NCBI GenBank assembly: GCA_951406725.2
Contig: OX597814.1
Span: 24,056,001 to 24,120,000, forward strand
Source: Octopus vulgaris
Lineage: Eukaryota
Reading direction: 5' to 3'
DNA length: 64,000 nucleotides
Shown: piece after piece, positions 1-12,329 of the stretch
Position numbering within the stretch: the stretch's first letter is position 1
How the letters are laid out: each line of letters opens with the position of its first letter
The notes under the pieces: model-generated
Databases searched by the model: none
Seen by the model: only the letters and a program-made list of their open reading frames with translations
What the model was told of the DNA's origin: nothing
Program-made: the position numbers and the translations under genes

Positions 1-9
1 ACACACACA

Positions 10-320
10 CATTGCACATCCAATGGAACATGCTCCCTTAGTTTCTTTCCAGTCTTCTCAAGTCCTCTGCATTCAAGACCCATATCTTACTGCCATGCAG
101 CATTGCAGTTCTAACACAAGCATCGTACATTTTGCCCTCCACTTTTAGAAAAAAGATCTTTGTTGTCAGCAGTGGTTGTAGCTTTAACCTTCTCCAACTA
201 ATTCTTACTCTTGCAAGTAACCACCTCCCTTGCTAATAACATCTCCTCAGTAACAAAAGCTATCAACTACTTCTATTGAACCATCAAGGCATTTAAGTAA
301 CTCAATTTCAGGTGTGCTTG
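10..320 (-). mobile_element. RTE-clade LINE reverse transcriptase fragment (decayed)
   Basis: Manual minus-strand translation with stops/frameshifts: IEVVDSFCY*GDVISKGG..ARVRISWRR..LLTTK..KVEGKMYDACVRTAMLHGSKIW..EDLRRLERN..MFHWMC, typical of the RTE RT C-terminal region (YLG, LYGSETW-like motifs). Confidence 0.7.
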
Positions 321-341
321 TACATACTGCTCCAGTGCATC

Positions 342-724
342 TACTCTTTTACCCGTTTCAGTCACTTGACTGTGGCCATGCTGGAGCACCGCCTTTAGTT
401 GAGCAAATCGACCCCAGCCTAGTATTTATTCTATCGGTCTCTTTTGCCGAACCGCTAAGTTATGGGGATCTAAACACACCAGCATTAGTTGTCAAGCGAT
501 GGTAGGGGGACAAACATAGACACACAAACATATACACACATGCATATATATATATATACGACAGGCTTCTTTCAGTTTCCCTCTACCAAATCCACTCACA
601 AGGCTTTGGTCAGCCTGAGGCTATAGTAGAAGGCACTTGCCCAAGGTGCCACACAGTGGGACTGAACCCGAAACCATGTGGTTGGTAAACAAGCTACTTA
701 CCACACAGCCACTCCTGTGCCTAT
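342..724 (-). mobile_element. tRNA-derived SINE, family A (CORE-like, internal TA/CA microsatellite)
   Basis: Minus strand has an A-box-like TGGCTGTGTGG, a B-box-like GGTTCAGTCCC, CORE-like TGGCACCTTGGGCAAGTG and a GTAAAAGAGT tail. Near-identical copies at 11159, 12804, 22060 and 48043. Confidence 0.9.
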
Positions 725-2636
725 ATAAAGCTCCTACTACATATAAAGCTTAAATTCTCAGATAGACTACCAGTGATTCAATTGCATCTCTTGTGTGTCC
801 ACAGCCTACGTCAAAGACAGTGTATAGAGTGTATACCTACCCATTTTCTACAAATTGAGTAAGGCTATTTCCTATTACTGGGCTCCTGTTATCTTTCTTA
901 CTTATTAAAACCCATAGTCTTTGACAGTTTGAACCACCTGCAAGCCATTCATTTGCACATAGTTTTTTCAGAGACCACAAGACATAGATAGATGATGTTG
1001 CAGCCTATAGCAAGACTGCTCTACATAAATGATATTATTTTTTCCTTTACATATTTTCCGTCAATTTTTCAGATATCGGTGAATAGTTTTTACCGAGGAA
1101 AGGGTAAATATACTTCTGGATGAACTTACTAATGCTAATTTATCGGCTATGATATTGGGAAGATATCTATTTTTAGGTCAGCAAACTTGAATAAAACTGT
1201 ATTATATATTTTGCCAATGGGCTGGACACAAAGGCTGTTACAGGGTTTGACCCATGATTGTCCAGTCTGTAGTTTAGCACTTGAGAACCACAGCTAATTT
1301 ACTTGTTATATGAGGAGATTTGTTGTGTTGAATGCTAATATAAATATAGATTTCTTGCATAGATACAATACACGCTATTTTACAATGGAAGAGGAAATTG
1401 ATAATATAAATATAAACACACAGCAGTATGGGAATTGGAAATGAACATAGCAAGATAAATGGCTGGACATAATTTAGAAAAGTGAGTTTTGTGTGTGTGG
1501 ATTATTTTGTTAATACACTCCTCTGTGCAACCGAGTTGCATTCATACATTTTATTCTGTTGTTGCTTCCATCAAGAATATAATGCTGTCAGTTTCAGTAA
1601 TTTGCATTCCTTTTCAATGAATTTTGAATATTGCTTCGTATTTGTGTGTGTCTGTATTGAAATAGATAAACTTAGGAATTACATATTTCTGTAGAAATGG
1701 AAGATAGGTAATAATAGGAAATATTGTGATGGTTACACTCAACTTTTCAGTCTAAGCTTAATGACTTTGGCTTTTCTTAAGAGGATTAAGTGAAGAGAAG
1801 TCCAGATATAAAATGTGATATGAGGGGTTTTATGGTTGCATAAATGGCATGTCTCTCATGACTACTGTATGGTATAAACAAAGAAAGTGATAGTCATAGA
1901 GTGAAGATAATTTATGAGATGTTTCAATACAAGGACATTAATGAAGCTAATTCTGGTCTTCTGAGAAACATTTAATATTTCTCAGTTCTACTGAGGTCAG
2001 GTTTACATCAAAGAAATATGTTGAAAAATTAGAGATTTAAGTCAATTTGATCTGATCTTTACATTATTCAACAGAAAAGCAAGTAATAAATCTGAAGAAA
2101 GTACCAACTTATGAGAAAGTTTCAAAGAGAAGAATCAAATGGTTCACTTGATATCACTTAAACTTGAAATCTTTGTGTTTGAATGCCTGTCTATGCAGGA
2201 ATATATGTCTTTTTTTGGTTGTAAACTATAAGAAAGATTTACCAGTAAAAGAATTTTAGCTATACTAAAATCTACAATTATTGTTATTTAAATGTAGATA
2301 TATTCCAATAAGCATGTAAATATGTTTTATATTGGCAAAATTTTGTTACATACATTCATGTTATAGAAATACAGGGTTTTTAGTTTATTGAGGTGATAAG
2401 AGAATTTTAAACCATTCAGTCTTTGGATTACACATACAGACACAACAATTATAGACAAGACATCTATAGCATCTAACACCTAAACAAAGTTATGCATCAT
2501 TGTAAAACACTGTTATTTTATGTACATAATCATATCAAGTCTGTTTAAAATAATATTAAACAATATTTAGACATGCAATATTGTTATTCAGTGGTATCAT
2601 CAGAAGTAAAGAACGTAAGTACTAAAGCTCACACAT

Positions 2637-2790
2637 GTACTCTCTTTCACTCTTTTACTTGTTTCAGTCAGTTGACTGCGGCCATGCTGGAGCACCGCCT
2701 TTAGTCGAGCAACTCGACCCCGGGACTTATTCTTTGTAAGCCCAGTACTTATTCTATCGGTCTCTTTTGCCGAACCACTAAGTGACGGTA
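2637..2790 (-). mobile_element. Family A SINE, 3' fragment
   Basis: Matches the 3' ~150 bp of the 342-724 and 48043-48428 copies. Confidence 0.85.
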
Positions 2791-2821
2791 TGGTAACGTT
2801 TTGTTTAATGTATAGTGATAA

Positions 2822-2960
2822 TGATTCCAAATTTTGGCACTAGGCCAGCAATTTTAGGGGAGTGGCTAGATCGATTACATTGACACTAATGCCCAACTAG
2901 TACTTATTTTATCAACCCCGAAAGGATGCAAAGCGAAGTCAACTTTGGCAGAACGTAAAG
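2822..2960 (-). mobile_element. Family B SINE fragment (Meta-domain-like)
   Basis: Reverse complement contains GTTGACTTCGCTTTGCATCCTTTCGGGGTTGATAAAATAAGTAC, shared with the copies at 15741, 24498, 37819 and 59612. Confidence 0.75.
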
Positions 2961-3152
2961 TGATTATTAACTGAGAAACGCTAATCTGAGTCCAAAGAAA
3001 AACAAAACAAAACTGGCATAAAGAAACAGGTCTGCTGAGGAACTTAAACCATTATCTGTCTTTTGTTGGGTGTCTGTGATACTATTTGCACCACAGAATG
3101 TCTACCAGTCCTTCTCTAATATCAACTAATTCAAATTTCTTCTATATGATTA

Positions 3153-3287
3153 TTAACTGCTATTTTTTACTACAAGAGAATTGGTGATTTACTTAAAAGA
3201 GCAGGATAGGTTGTTTTTATTTCAAGAAATGTTTTACTGACATACTTTCTATTTTTATTTTTCATTTCTTTTTTATAGAGGGGAGGG
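3153..3287 (+). repeat. Local duplication, copy 1 (partner 6221-6366)
   Basis: ~135-145 bp of non-SINE sequence (ttaactgctattttttactacaagagaa...tttatagaggggaggg) present twice in direct orientation. Confidence 0.9.
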
Positions 3288-3777
3288 CAATGCCCTTAAC
3301 CCATTTTTCTCAGTCTTTAAGACTGATGGAAAGTTATCTTTTAGGTAAGGCTTGTCCCAAATACTTGCAATAGAGGGAGCTCCATTAAAGGTAGCCAAGA
3401 ACAATGTGATGATGTTAAACCAGGAAACTGAATAAGTCTACTTTCCAGGAACTCAGAATGCAAATTGTTGTAAGGTATTTTCTGATGTTCAAACAATTCT
3501 GAAAAATCCCTATCCTGGATATGTACTTTATTTATCAACATCAAAAGGTTGTTGCCCCTAATGAGATTTGAACTTGGAGCACATAAAACTGGAACAAATA
3601 CCTTGTGGTATTTATTCCTACTCTTTCATGATTCTGTATCAACAACCTACAAAATCATATAAGGGAACTGTAATTCTGCATTTCTCAAAGAAATAACATA
3701 GATGTCAACTATAGATATTGGAGAGGGTGGATGAAGTTGCTGTTGCTTTTGTTGACAATGAAGGGTTTAACATTCTA

Positions 3778-4343
3778 TTGGGTTGTCCGGAAAGTTCGTG
3801 CCGATTTTTAAAGGAAAGAAAAAGGTCAATAAATACTTGCCTTTACATTTTTAATCAACCAAATATGAACCATTTGGTTGCACAATGCAAATCCATCTTT
3901 CCTTTAACTCAAAAATACCCTCTTCCCAGAATTGAGGTGGTTTCATGGCAAAGAATTCATAAAGGTATCTTTTTATGTCATCAAAGGAATTAAAATTTTT
4001 ACCATTAAGACTATTCTGCAAAGACCTGAATAAGTGGAAATCTGAAGGAGCAATATCTGGTGAATATGGAGGGTGGGGTAACACATCCCAGCCGAGCTGC
4101 AGCAATTTTTGTCTGGTTCCCAAAGCATCAAGTGCCAAAAGTGAACTTTCTTATCTTCCAATTTAAAGGGTTACAGAATTAACACAGGTTATAGGAACAT
4201 AAACCTTCTTCCACGAAAAGATAGCTTAAACTGTGCTCTAAATGGAGATGTAGTCAAATCCTATTTTATGGACTGAACCATATTCTAAAATAAGTTCAAA
4301 GGTAAGCTACTATAAATTGGCATGAACTTACCGGACAACCCAA
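3778..4343 (-). mobile_element. Internally deleted mariner transposon with both TIRs and TA target-site duplication
   Basis: ~30-bp TIRs (ttgggttgtccggaaagttcgtgccgattt / aaattggcatgaacttaccggacaacccaa) flanked by TA at 3776-77 and 4344-45. ORF 3851-4138(-) encodes the transposase C-terminus LGWDVLPHPPYSPDIAPSDFHLFRSLQNSL. Confidence 0.95.
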
Positions 4344-4774
4344 TATATAAAGGGAAGGCTGTATAAAATACTCATCATATTTGAAGTTGCATGGTAATGA
4401 GATATGGATACCAGAAACAGAAGATTTATGGTAACTTCAAAGAAATGGAGCAAGTGCGATCTATTTGATGTATATTGCTAATTTGCATTGAAGTTGGTGA
4501 AGAAGGTAGCTAAAAGAGGTGCTGACTTTTAAATCTATCATGCCAACTTTACTAAAGTGATGACAACACTGATTTTGATAGGATATAAATTAAGGGGTTT
4601 CTGTATAAAAATATTTAACATGGGCTAGCAGTGGCTGGGATGAAAATTCAGAATAACTTCAATGAAAAGATGATGAAAAACTCAGAATTGTAGAATATGC
4701 TCCACATTAGATCTATGCAACCCATGCTGTTATGGGAGGAACAGAAAACACTGAGGCTCCAGATCAACACTGAT

Positions 4775-5157
4775 TGAACAGACTCTGAGCACCTTTTCAA
4801 ACTCCACCTAACTAACACCTGTGGATATGTTTACAAAGTCAGAAAACAGCACAGCTCCCATGACTTTCGGAAACATTTTTTCACACTAAGAGTTGCTGAA
4901 GCATCGAACAAACTGCCGGTATCAGTTGTTTGTTATCGGAGCACTGCATCCTTCAAAACTTCCATGCTTCCTGAGATTCGCCAACACTACACCTGATTTT
5001 CTCCCCTCTATACACACGCGAGCATGTATCTGACTCATACACTGTTCACTTTCCAGACATTTGTACATTACTGCATATGCTTTATATGCACTTTTGACAA
5101 GTTGTGGTGCACTTTAGCACTGTATACAATAATTTCATTATTATTATTATATTATTA
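4775..5157 (+). mobile_element. CR1-like LINE 3' end with (ATT)n tail
   Basis: Translates as GYVYKVRKQHSSHDFRKHFFTLRVAEASNKLPVSVV..STASFKTSML, the CR1/L2 ORF2 terminus (FFxxRVxxxWNxLP), followed by a 3' UTR and (ATT)n. Confidence 0.8.
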
Positions 5158-6220
5158 TAGCCAAAGCCTTTCAGAAGGGACAATCCAGTCTTTTTCTACA
5201 TCAGGAGCTACATGGTCCAATAAATTCCTCTTTATTTAAGATAATAACAGCATAGTTGAGTGGGAAATTTGTTGTTACTTCTAGTAAGTTGCAGAATATC
5301 ACTGAGGCTCCCTGTTTGGCTCACTGAAGTTCAGATGCATTCATATGTTGGCAGTTTACAAAGTTGTATCTTTAACAACTTTTCTTGATTAACAACACTT
5401 AATAATACGATATGACTGGCGACATACAAGTAAACACTATGTCAAATACTGGGATGAGAATACTGATATATATGGAGTCTAAACAATGCAGTAGAGATGA
5501 TGATGTGGGCATTGTATATTGTTCTACAATTTAAATTAATGAAATAAATTTAACCAAAGGAAAATGAGTATAAAATTGTTGTAAAACAAAATAAAGTATT
5601 GGTAAAGAAAAACTAAAAGTAACCAAATAGTTAATTTAAGAGAATGCTGTCCTCAATAGTTTGCGTACTGGCAACATTATTAACTAGTAAGAGGACTGCA
5701 TTTGAGAAGGGCAATTATTTATAAATCATTGAGGCTTAAAACTCATAAATCTGATAATGAAACTAATTAACAGAGGAATGATGACATGTTTGCAGTATAG
5801 TTAAAGCTACATTAATTTATTAGGCCTTAATTTGTTATATTTCTACTAACAGTAGCTAAAATTTGGAGCCTATATCTATTGGAACTTACCATTTTAGAAA
5901 AGATTCAATTTAGTTTCATGAGTTGAGGTTTCTTGATCAACGAGAAAGCTGAATGTGAAAGAACAGTTTGTAATAACACGTGACTGCCAACCATACAGTT
6001 AAAATGCTGAACATATTAAAAGTGAAATTCTCTTCGTTAGATATTCATATTTTAGATATTCATATTTCCATTCTACATTTGATTGAAAGTCGTAAAATTT
6101 TATTACCTGCTGAAAAATTAATTCTCATTAGGAGATAACTTTAGAAAATACTAAAGATGTTTTTATACCTGAAATGAAGGTATTCAATGTGAAAGTATAG
6201 CACCATCACATATTGAAATT

Positions 6221-6366
6221 TTAACTGCTATTTTTTACTACAAGAGAATGGGTGATTTACTCAAAAGAGCTGGACAGGTTATTTTTATTTCAAGAAACGT
6301 TTAACTGATGTGAATCCAGCATACTTTCTATTTATATTTTTCCTTTCTTTTTTATAGAGGGGAGGG
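6221..6366 (+). repeat. Local duplication, copy 2 (partner 3153-3287)
   Basis: Direct repeat of 3153-3287 with an extra ~11-bp segment (tgtgaatccag). Confidence 0.9.
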
Positions 6367-7479
6367 TAGATTTGAAGATGTATTTTTCCACTCAGAATTC
6401 TCTACAAAAAGAAAAATGAACTATATTGTTTTATGGTCTATTTCATAAAGCACAAATAATGATCAAGAACAGGTAAAATGATTAAAGATTTGTTATTATA
6501 ACATTATTTTTGCACAGCTTACTTAATCTTCATTTTCATCCATTTTACACATCATTTCAGAAGGTGGGATTTCTCTGGTCTGATATTTAATATTCTTTTG
6601 AAACACATTTTGACAGCATCTGCTGAAAATACTTTCTACCAGCAACTTGCAACATTTTTCATCCCACATTTATCATTTTACTTTATCTGTCATACTACTA
6701 TAGTAGTATTTCTGCATAATATTGTAGCTTTATCTGTAATTCTAGTGTAGCCATGGTTCTTGCATACATTGGTCAGCAACTTTTAGTTCATGTCACTTTT
6801 GCAATTTACTTGTGTCCTTTCATCATTTTCATTTAATGTCCATTTTTTTTCATGCTTGCATAGGTCAAACAGAATTCGTTAAGGCAGATTTTTTATGGTT
6901 CGAAGCCCTTCTTGTTGCCAAACTTCATTAAGCAAAGTAACCAGATGTTACCTTACTTGTTTTCATGGAAGATTGGAAAGAAATGACACTGCTTGTTTGA
7001 CGCTGACAATGATTTGCGACTATCACATAATGTCAAGACAAGATAGCACAAACACACATACATATATGCATATATGTTTATAACCGACTTCTTTCAGTTA
7101 CTGTCAACCAGATCCTCTCACATGGCATATCAGTATTGTAAGGAAGTTGTTCTTTACTAATTACTGCAGATTTCTTGCAAATACAAAAAAAAACTTGTAT
7201 TGCTGTATAGGTTGAGAAAATATTACACATTACCTCATGGTAATATGTAAACATAACTATTTATTAAGCACATCCGACTGCACTTTAGTTGGTATATTAG
7301 CTCCTTGTATCATGAAGATTACAGAAATTATTTACTACTGTCAGCATACCATGTTCATGCATTAGCATTCAGTTCCTTTCAGTTCATATTGTTAACATTT
7401 GTACATTTTGTTCCTAAAAGATTTGTACTTCTTATCCCTACATGTTACTTCACTGCACATTTTCCCCTCAATGACACTG

Positions 7480-7685
7480 ATGGTGTGTCTGACAAAATGC
7501 CATGCAAAATTTTTTTATTTTAACTCTTTACATTCTGAGTTCAAATCCTGCTGAGGTCAGCTTTGACTTCAAGCCATTTGGGGTTGGATAAGATAAAGCA
7601 CCAGTCAAGTACTTGGCTCAATGGTATTAGCTAACACTTTCCCACAAAACATCAAACCTTGCACCTCAGTAAGAAATTATTGTTT
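7480..7685 (+). mobile_element. Family B SINE, degenerate
   Basis: ttctgagttcaaatcctgctgaggtcagctttgacttc...ggggttggataagataaagcaccag resembles the family B head and central domain. Confidence 0.65.
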
Positions 7686-8039
7686 ATCTCTATACAGCCA
7701 GCATCTTGCATCTTCTCTATTTGTACATGAGGTTTTGTAACTCGCATTACTAATCATATTGATAGCAAGAAAACATTCAGAATTCTAGTTTTCAACACTT
7801 TTGAAATGGCTTCATTTTTTATATGAACTCCTATTAAAGTCCTTCCATTTTTTTTACTAATCTAATAAATGTGCTACTGTCTAACATTTTCCATATAGCA
7901 AGATAAGCTATATAGACTATATAGACTATTGCTTATATAGACTAAGCTATCAAATGTTGTTGCACATTGCTGATCACAGTGAGCATGCAATTCTTTAATG
8001 ATTGCTCTCTTTTTTTCCATCTTGGCCCAAATTCTTTTA

Positions 8040-8430
8040 CTAAATCATCTTCCAATCATCATCAAGGCCTTCTGAATAACCTTATCTGATCTCTTGGTTA
8101 GCACTCAGCAACTGCACAGGTCCACCTGTTGTCTGTGAATCTTGTGATACGTCTGGCTCAGAAGAACTTGTACTTTCAATATTCTGTGATCATGTCATTC
8201 ACCCCGCACCATTCTTGAATTACCTCATTTCAGCATTTCAGATATGCTCTTGCAATGATATTGCATGAATCTTTACCTGGCCCTTTGCTTTGTAGCCAAT
8301 CAATGTTCTTCCCTCTTTGCAGTAACCCATGTCTCACTTGCATTATTATAGCACAGAAAGGATGATGCTATTTAAGAGACTGTCTCTTTGGGTCTTGTCC
8401 AACTATGCTTTGAGCTCACCTTTCATCAAG
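8040..8430 (-). mobile_element. RTE-clade LINE RT C-terminal fragment (decayed)
   Basis: Minus translation with stops: LLNSIILSVL..ASETWVT..EEH*LATKQRA..EHI*N..IQEWCGVNDMI..ARRITRFTDNRWTCAVAEC*PRD. Confidence 0.7.
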
Positions 8431-8449
8431 AATATATTTAGGACAATGA

Positions 8450-8665
8450 TCTGGTAGAATCATTAATATGCTGGGCAAAATGTTTAGCATTCATTTTGTC
8501 TGTCTTTATGTTCTGAGTTCGATTTCAACCAAGGTCAACTTTACCTTTCATCTTTTCAGGGTCAATAAAATAAGCACCAGCTGAGCACTGGGGTCGATGT
8601 AATTGACTTAACCCCTTCCCCTAGCCTTGTATTGCTAGCCTTGTGCCAAAATTTGAAATTAATAT
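8450..8665 (+). mobile_element. Family B SINE
   Basis: gttctgagttcgatttc..ggtcaactttacctttcatcttttcagggtcaataaaataagcaccag..ctggggtcgatgtaattgact. Confidence 0.8.
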
Positions 8666-8759
8666 ATCAGAAATATATTTAACCTCCATATATTTCATCA
8701 ACTGTGCCCCAGAAACATCCTAAGAATCACTTATCAAGACAGAGTGACAAATGAAGCCC

Positions 8760-9055
8760 TTCTCCAAGCAACAAAAGTAAGGTCCCTGTATGCAATTGTA
8801 ACTGAACGATGAATGAGAATGGCTGGACACTTACTAAGACTGCCAGAGGAGAGGCTTGCCAAAACAACTGGATGCTGTTAGAAGGTATGAGAAAAAGAGG
8901 CTGACCAAGAAAGACACAGTGTAGTGCCTTCAAAGAAAACTTACACAGACTAAACACTACCCGGGAAGAAGCATACTGGTTGGCCAGGGATGGAGATAAT
9001 TGTGATAACTGACTACCTGATGTACCACTCAAAGGCACCAACAGACCTAACAAGG
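8760..9055 (+). mobile_element. RTE-clade LINE 3' end (decayed)
   Basis: Translates as GHLLRLPEERLAK..EGMRKRG*PRKT..FKENL, the RTE C-terminal GH.xRGRP motif. Confidence 0.65.
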
Positions 9056-10447
9056 CAAAAATGAATGTTTATAAAATTTTGTTCATTGTTATTTTTTATC
9101 AAACTTAGTCTGAACTATAACTTTGGGGTAGTTCAAAAGAAGATTTCATGTAGTAATTTACAATGAACAAGGAAATATGCTTGGACTACTCAAAATTTGT
9201 TCATACTTTTAACTCTATGATTGTGTTGCTTTGATAGCTAGAAATGTTATGTATCTAAGCTTCTGTCTTATCCTCACATCTTAATGTTAATAAATACATT
9301 ATGTAAATCATTATGAATTTCCATAGCACACATCTTGTTATAAAGTTTAAGTATAACATATTACATTTAAGTAATTCAAAAATAAACATCGCGAATATAT
9401 ATCTATGGACACTTGAAAACATTCATTTCGGCTGACCATTAAAGAAACAAATAATATTTAAATATGCTAATATGTACAAAAAAACCTCATTGTGCACACA
9501 TACTCAAACTTAAACACACTCGCGAACACAAAATATATAAGTGAAGAACATACAAGATGAATAATTTTACTGAATTCATTTAGCTGAAAATGGTTAAAAT
9601 ACATAAAATACATCAATTGGATGGATATATTAAAAAAATCTGTTTATTTAGAAGCAACAAAAGAAAGAAACTGTCAACTGTAATTTATCATGAAAATCTT
9701 AACGACTGGAAGCAATGCCTCAAGTAACATAGCACAGAATAATTTTTAACTTGCATTATCGCTCCTGTTATTTTCCCTCCATCATTCGAATTTTAATCTT
9801 CAAATTTCTTTCTCTCAATTTATAATTTTCTCCACATTATTTTTATTTCACTTGCTTCTCACCTATATTCATATTTTTTCTCCTGTTGTCACTAGCTGTA
9901 ATTTTGTAATTTCTCTTTATCAGCCATTATTTTTTTTTATCTTCGTTTTAGGTGTTTTATTTTATAATTAACTGTTTTCTTTTTATATTTTTATTTATGC
10001 TTATCTCACCTTTATTTATTCTGCAAAATATTACCTGTCATATTCATCTTGACGACCACATAAGAAAAAAAAAAAGAAAGAAAGAATAAAACAAACAGTT
10101 AACTCTTATTTCTGTTCAAAAATAATTCCTTTCAAATATTATTTCTTGGTAGATAATGAAGACATTTTAGAGGAAATGCCACATCACCAATTTATAACAA
10201 AATTGAAAACTACTCCTATTACTTATCATTAAGACCAACAACTTTGGATATGATTCAGTCTTGATAACATCAACCATCTCTTAATGACACACAAATCATA
10301 TATCTTGCTCTCTCCGAGACATCTCTCATTCTCTGAGTTTAACACATTCCTGTTGTCCAAGCTGCACACTGTATTCAAAATTCACTGTGCAGCATGATAT
10401 CTGAACATACATAGACTATATTCTCATGGTTACTCATCTTCACATCT

Positions 10448-10754
10448 GTGGAGGCACATGACCTAGTGGTTAGAGCAGCGGACTTGTGGTCGAGGGCTCG
10501 CAAGTTCGAATCTCAGACTGGGCGATGTGTGTGTTTATGAGCAAAACACCTAAGCTCCACGTGGCTCCGGCAGAAGGTAATGGCGAACTTCTGCTGACTC
10601 TTTTGCCACAACTTTCTCTCACTTTTTCCTCCTGCATATTGCAGCTCACCTGCGATGGACTGGCGTCCCGTCCAGGTGGGGAACCTATTCGCCAAGGAAA
10701 CTGGGAAACCAGCCCTATGAGCCAGGCATGGCTCGAGAAGGAACAAACAACAAA
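10448..10754 (+). mobile_element. tRNA-derived SINE with V-domain-like 3' module, 13-bp TSD
   Basis: A box TGACCTAGTGG, B box GTTCGAATC, 3' module CCTGCGATGGACTGGCGTCCCGTCCAGG, AAC-rich tail. TSD catcttcacatct at 10435-10447 and 10755-10767. Confidence 0.9.
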
Positions 10755-11158
10755 CATCTTCACATCTCATGTAGAAATGATTAGCTGGGAGCTGGATTAT
10801 TTTGGTTTGGCTGTGTGCTGTTCTGAAATAAAACCAATTACAATACTTATCACTTATTAACATGTTTATTTGTGGATTGATGTTACAGTTGTTGTGTTAC
10901 ATAAAACTATTATGCTGAATACCAATTTGCATGGAATTTTTCATTAATCTTAGCACTACACAAATGCACCAGAACAATGATTGGCTGGAATATGAGCCAA
11001 GATCACTTGATAAAGACCGTCATTGCCAACTATGGAAACTAATAAGCAATAGCCTTTTCTTGTTGCTGAATGGACAAGGTTTTGAATATTGAATACTGCT
11101 ACACTTGTAACAAAGACTTTCAGTTATTCTGGCTCAAATGATCCTTCCTCATTTTCTG

Positions 11159-11382
11159 TACTCTTTTACTTTTTTATTTGTTTCAGTTATTTTGACTGTG
11201 GCCATGCTGGAGCACTGCCTTTAGTCAAGCAAATCGACCCTAGGACTTATTCTTTGTAAGCCTAGTACTTATTCTATCAGCCTCTTCTGCCAAACCGTTA
11301 AGTTACAGGAATATAAACACACTAGCATCGGTTGTCAAGTGATGTTGGGGGGACAAATACAGCCACACAAACATATTCACAA

Positions 11383-11462
<80 letters not shown>

Positions 11463-12077
11463 GAAGACCTGTTGAGGCAAGTGAGGATCAGAATCGAATT
11501 CGATCAATGGAAATTGCAGATGTGTTACCAGTGCCGGTGGCATGTAAGAGAACCATCCGTTCGTGACCGTTGCCAGCGCCGCCCCGACTGGCCTCGTGCT
11601 GGTGGCACATAAAAAGCACCATCCGTTCATGTCCGTTGACAGCCTCGCCTGGCCCCCGTGCTGGTGGCACATAAAAAGCACCATCCGTTCGTGGCCGTTT
11701 GCCAGCTCTGTCTGGCACCTGTGTGGGTGGCACGTAAAAAGCACCCACTACACTCACAGAGTGGTTGGTGTTAGGAAGGGCATCCAGCCGTAGAAACACT
11801 GCCAGATCTGACTAGGCCTGATGAAGCCTTCCGGCTTCACAGACCCCAGTTGAACCGTCCAACCCATGCTAGCATGGAAAACGGACGCTAAATGATGATG
11901 ATGATGATGATATACATATATATATATACATATATACGATGGGCTTCTTTCAGTTTCCATCTACCGAATCCATTCACAAGCTTTGGTCAGGCCGAAGCTA
12001 TAGAAGAAGTGGGACTGAACCTGGAATTGTGTGGTTCGTAAGCAAGTTACTTACCACACAGCCACTCCTGTACCTAT
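11159..12077 (-). mobile_element. Family A SINE, split by a nested insertion
   Basis: 3' half at 11159-11460 and 5' half at 11910-12077; a family C element lies in its internal (TA)n tract. Confidence 0.9.
11462..11910 (+). mobile_element. Family C non-autonomous retroelement with ~60-bp tandem units and (GAT)n tail
   Basis: Starts TGAAGACCTGTTGAGGCAAGTGA; repeated GTGCYGGTGGCAC-A-rich-GCACC units; GGTTGGTGTTAGGAAGGGCATCCAGC module; (GAT)n tail. Confidence 0.85.
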
Positions 12078-12249
12078 GTCTATTTTCAATCTTATGAAAA
12101 TAGACATTAAAAATATTCTCTGTTGGTACATGTGAACTAGTGTATGAAGCTACTGCTATATAAGTTGCGTCTTATTTACTAAAACAATAGATGTGAGACA
12201 CCTCATGTAACCTATATACTGAAACTTGCTCTAAGCTCATAGTCACACA

Positions 12250-12296
<47 letters not shown>

Positions 12297-12329
12297 CGAC
12301 AAATGTTTGAGTACGCAAGATTGTGTAAA

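Noticed and set aside
1073-1103. 31-nt micro-exon candidate (ISVNSFYRGK) with an internal hairpin tcggtgaa/tttaccga
   Set aside because: Splice signals are plausible but there is no homology or linked exon chain; could be chance.
2091-2125. CTGAAGA...GAAA hammerhead-like spacing
   Set aside because: Extra bases before GAAA and no convincing stem I or helix III.
11530-11745. Regularly spaced ~60-bp repeats resembling a CRISPR array
   Set aside because: The intervening sequences are themselves homologous, the context is a eukaryotic retroelement, and there are no cas genes.
11322-11960. Several overlapping 70-140 aa ORFs, also at 32162-32613
   Set aside because: They arise from GC-rich tandem units of the family C repeat and microsatellites; no protein motif.
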